NCBI GenBank assembly: GCA_012295275.1
Contig: CM022673.1
Coordinates: forward strand, 26,970,001-27,034,000
Reading direction: 5' to 3'
Length of the DNA: 64,000 nucleotides
DNA from: Chrysomallon squamiferum
Lineage: Eukaryota > Animalia > Mollusca
The notes below the pieces were generated by a model. It was not told the DNA's origin, did no database searches, and saw only the letters and a list, made by a program, of their open reading frames with translations. The position numbers and the translations under genes were made by a program. Below are positions 61,305-64,000 of this stretch, in pieces. Numbering within the stretch: position 1 is the first letter of the stretch; each line of letters starts with the position of its first letter.

Positions 61305-62237
61305 ATTATGAAAATTATCAGACCGAAAAATATTGCTACAGTAAGAAAATTGATCTGTCTAGTAGAAAGGTGATAGTGCACAAAATAGTAATAAATATCA
61401 AATTACGTATAATGAAATGTAGAAGAAGAAAATATAATTAGTTTCCTATTCAGACTAATTATCACCCATAAGAGAACAAAGACTGAATGTAATTAAGAAG
61501 AAGAAATTATAGCAGGATGAAGTAAACAGTGAAAATAGGAATATTGTGTCTTTAAACAAATGTGTATGATTTCTAAATCAAATATATGTATATAAACATA
61601 AACACATTTGTATCTCTTTCAATTTCTCTATCTCTTTTTCTCTCTCTCTCTCTCTCCTTATATGTTCATCTTTTCTCCATCATCTCTCTTTTTGTCTACT
61701 TTCTCACTATCTTTCTCGTTCTTTACCTGTTTCTTTTTATCTGTTTCTTTCTTTGTACGTCTTTTAGTACGTGTGTCTGCTTGTATTTCCCAAGTGTGTG
61801 TGTGTGTGTGTGTGTCTGTTCGTTCAAATGTTTGCGTTTATTTCTCCGTGAATGTCTGCGTTTATACTCGGGGTTGTCCAAACAGTATCCTCTTGAAAAT
61901 CGCTACGAATAAAATATTACTGAACTAGTTTCTGATATACTGACAAAAAACTTTTTGTGTAAGAAGCGTGGATCACAAATTACTAGAACACAAAGACACG
62001 ATTGTTGGGTAAGCAACTTTGATAAACGCCAGGGACAGATATATCTATAATTCACATATGAAATTAAGGGTTCTAAATTAAGTTTGTATATTTATATTAG
62101 TTTATAAGAAAACAGATATATTATAAATCGTTTCCACGCCTGAATTACATAAAGACATTGTTTGTCCACGAATAGCGAACTCGCGAATGGTTTTCTAATA
62201 CAGTTTTAAGTAAAGTTTTTGTTTCTCTGGAACTGAA

Positions 62238-62299
<62 letters not shown>

Positions 62300-64000
62300 A
62301 CTTAACGCTATGTGTGTATATATACGTATGTAATGTGTGGATGTGTCTAAATGTGTTTAATACATAACTTAATGTTGTTTCTATCTGTATATGTATACAT
62401 CAGTACTTGAATGCGGATGTAATCATCAAACGTGAATTACATGTCAAATTCAATGTATACTATATCTTATGTAAAAAATGATGAACGCAGAGAAAAAAAA
62501 CCCACAAAAACACAATTATATTACAATATCCTCTAGCATAAGTCCATAACAATATTCAGATTTTTTTAAAACAATAAAAATTATGCCGATATACAAAATA
62601 CGGCGTAAACTATTTTGTTTTGTTGTTGTTGTTTTTTCTCCTTAAAAACTTATCCGATTCAAACAACTGACGACATAGAATGCATGTGCCCAGATAAACC
62701 AAAAATTCTTTTTTTAAGAATTTATATTTAATTTTCTCAAATATATATATAATTCTTTTTCTACCAGTATGTAATGTCTTCTCAAACTGTTTTACTGAAT
62801 AAAAAGAAACAGTATTTAATTTTTTTTTTTTTTTTTTAATGTTCGATATCTATTGATTTCCTCGTTCCTTGGGTTTCCAATACATTATATGAATCCTTAT
62901 AACAAGAGGAGTAAAACGCTTGAAAGCGTTGTAAGATTTTTTTCTTGCTAAGACTTGGGAAGGACTCAGTTTTTTATAGCCTAAAGTTTACTTACATTTT
63001 GTTTTTGGTTTATATATAGATGTAGAACAGATATATGTATCTTTGTATATATAAGATATATATATATATATATACACGCTATATTTAGAATGATGTTGTG
63101 GTGTTATACGCTAACAGCTGTTGTTAATGTTATTTTTGTTGTATTTTTATTATTCTCTTCTTTTTTAAAATTTTATTTTTGCTATTAACACATTAACATT
63201 ATTCTGAAGACAAAAACTTGCATGAACTCAAACACGAGCATCGAAATGGCCTGCCAGGTCACTGACATTTACATCAAATTAGATATGATAGATACGTCTG
63301 AATTCTCTTTTCCCCCGAAACAACTGTTATTGCGCTTTATTCAATAACTGCAAGGCAAAATACTGTCATCAATCGATTTACCCATTAGAGTTAATAGCAA
63401 GAATAATTCACTGTTCCAACTGTAGCAATTTGTTCTCAGCGTTTACATGTACATCGAACAAATCGTTATTCTTCTGAACAGGAGAATAATTCGCAAGATA
63501 GATTTTTCTTTTCTTTTCTTTTCTTTTCTTCTTGTTCATTTTTTTTATTTATTTATTTATTTTTTTTTTTTTTTTGCTCCCGCTGTTTCGATGTATTCTT
63601 CTCTGATCTACAACACAGAATGTGTCCTGCGAATTGCAATCAGTACCAGTAGCCAACGGAGATTAATTGTTTTGAATGGACCGTGGCTAGGATGAGATTG
63701 GTGTAAAGGTCGATATTCCAAAGTAACTGAAGTCCAGGAAGAAATGACGCGTGTAGATGTGTAGCCCACGAAGTAAGATTTAGTGGAGCAGTCGCTGGTG
63801 TATGAACGCTTGTTGTTGTATGATACAAAGCTGGTAGAGGGAGGAATAGCTCAACACTGTTATTGTTGCTTGAGAAAATCCAAGAATAGTTGATGCCTGT
63901 ACACAGAATGGTTTGTTCTAAAATGAACATGAGCAGTTATTGGAATGAAATAAATATGTACAGAGGAAGGGTATGAAATATAATAAATAATATATCATAA

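Overview
AT-rich, microsatellite-dense, intron-containing animal DNA (a mollusc-like lophotrochozoan is my guess from composition and repeat style only). Most ORFs in the supplied track are microsatellite or shadow artefacts. Two convergent spliced genes can be assembled by hand. Gene A (+, 1328-8870, 7 phase-consistent exons, 398 aa) encodes a signal peptide, three divergent Ig-like domains and a GPI-type hydrophobic tail, probably followed by a ~5 kb 3' UTR. Gene B (-, candidate coding exons 49077-49012, 38109-38061, 30972-30847, 30202-28806; up to ~545 aa) encodes an unrecognised protein with an RRRSVRF (PP1 RVxF-like, PKA-site) motif and 4-5 copies of an ungapped ~30-aa helical repeat, with several candidate alternative first exons near CRE motifs. 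The most striking structure is a near-identical inverted copy of one gene B exon (14468-14593). It has intact splice sites, sits just downstream of gene A in gene A's orientation, and its phase could replace gene A's GPI exon. Also present: an intact tRNA-Leu(TAA), a decayed FLYWCH-MULE transposon, nested hAT-like MITEs, a PIF/Harbinger-like MITE with a TAA target duplication, a possible LINE remnant, and several tandem arrays with one-sided divergence. No CRISPR array or prokaryotic system is supported.
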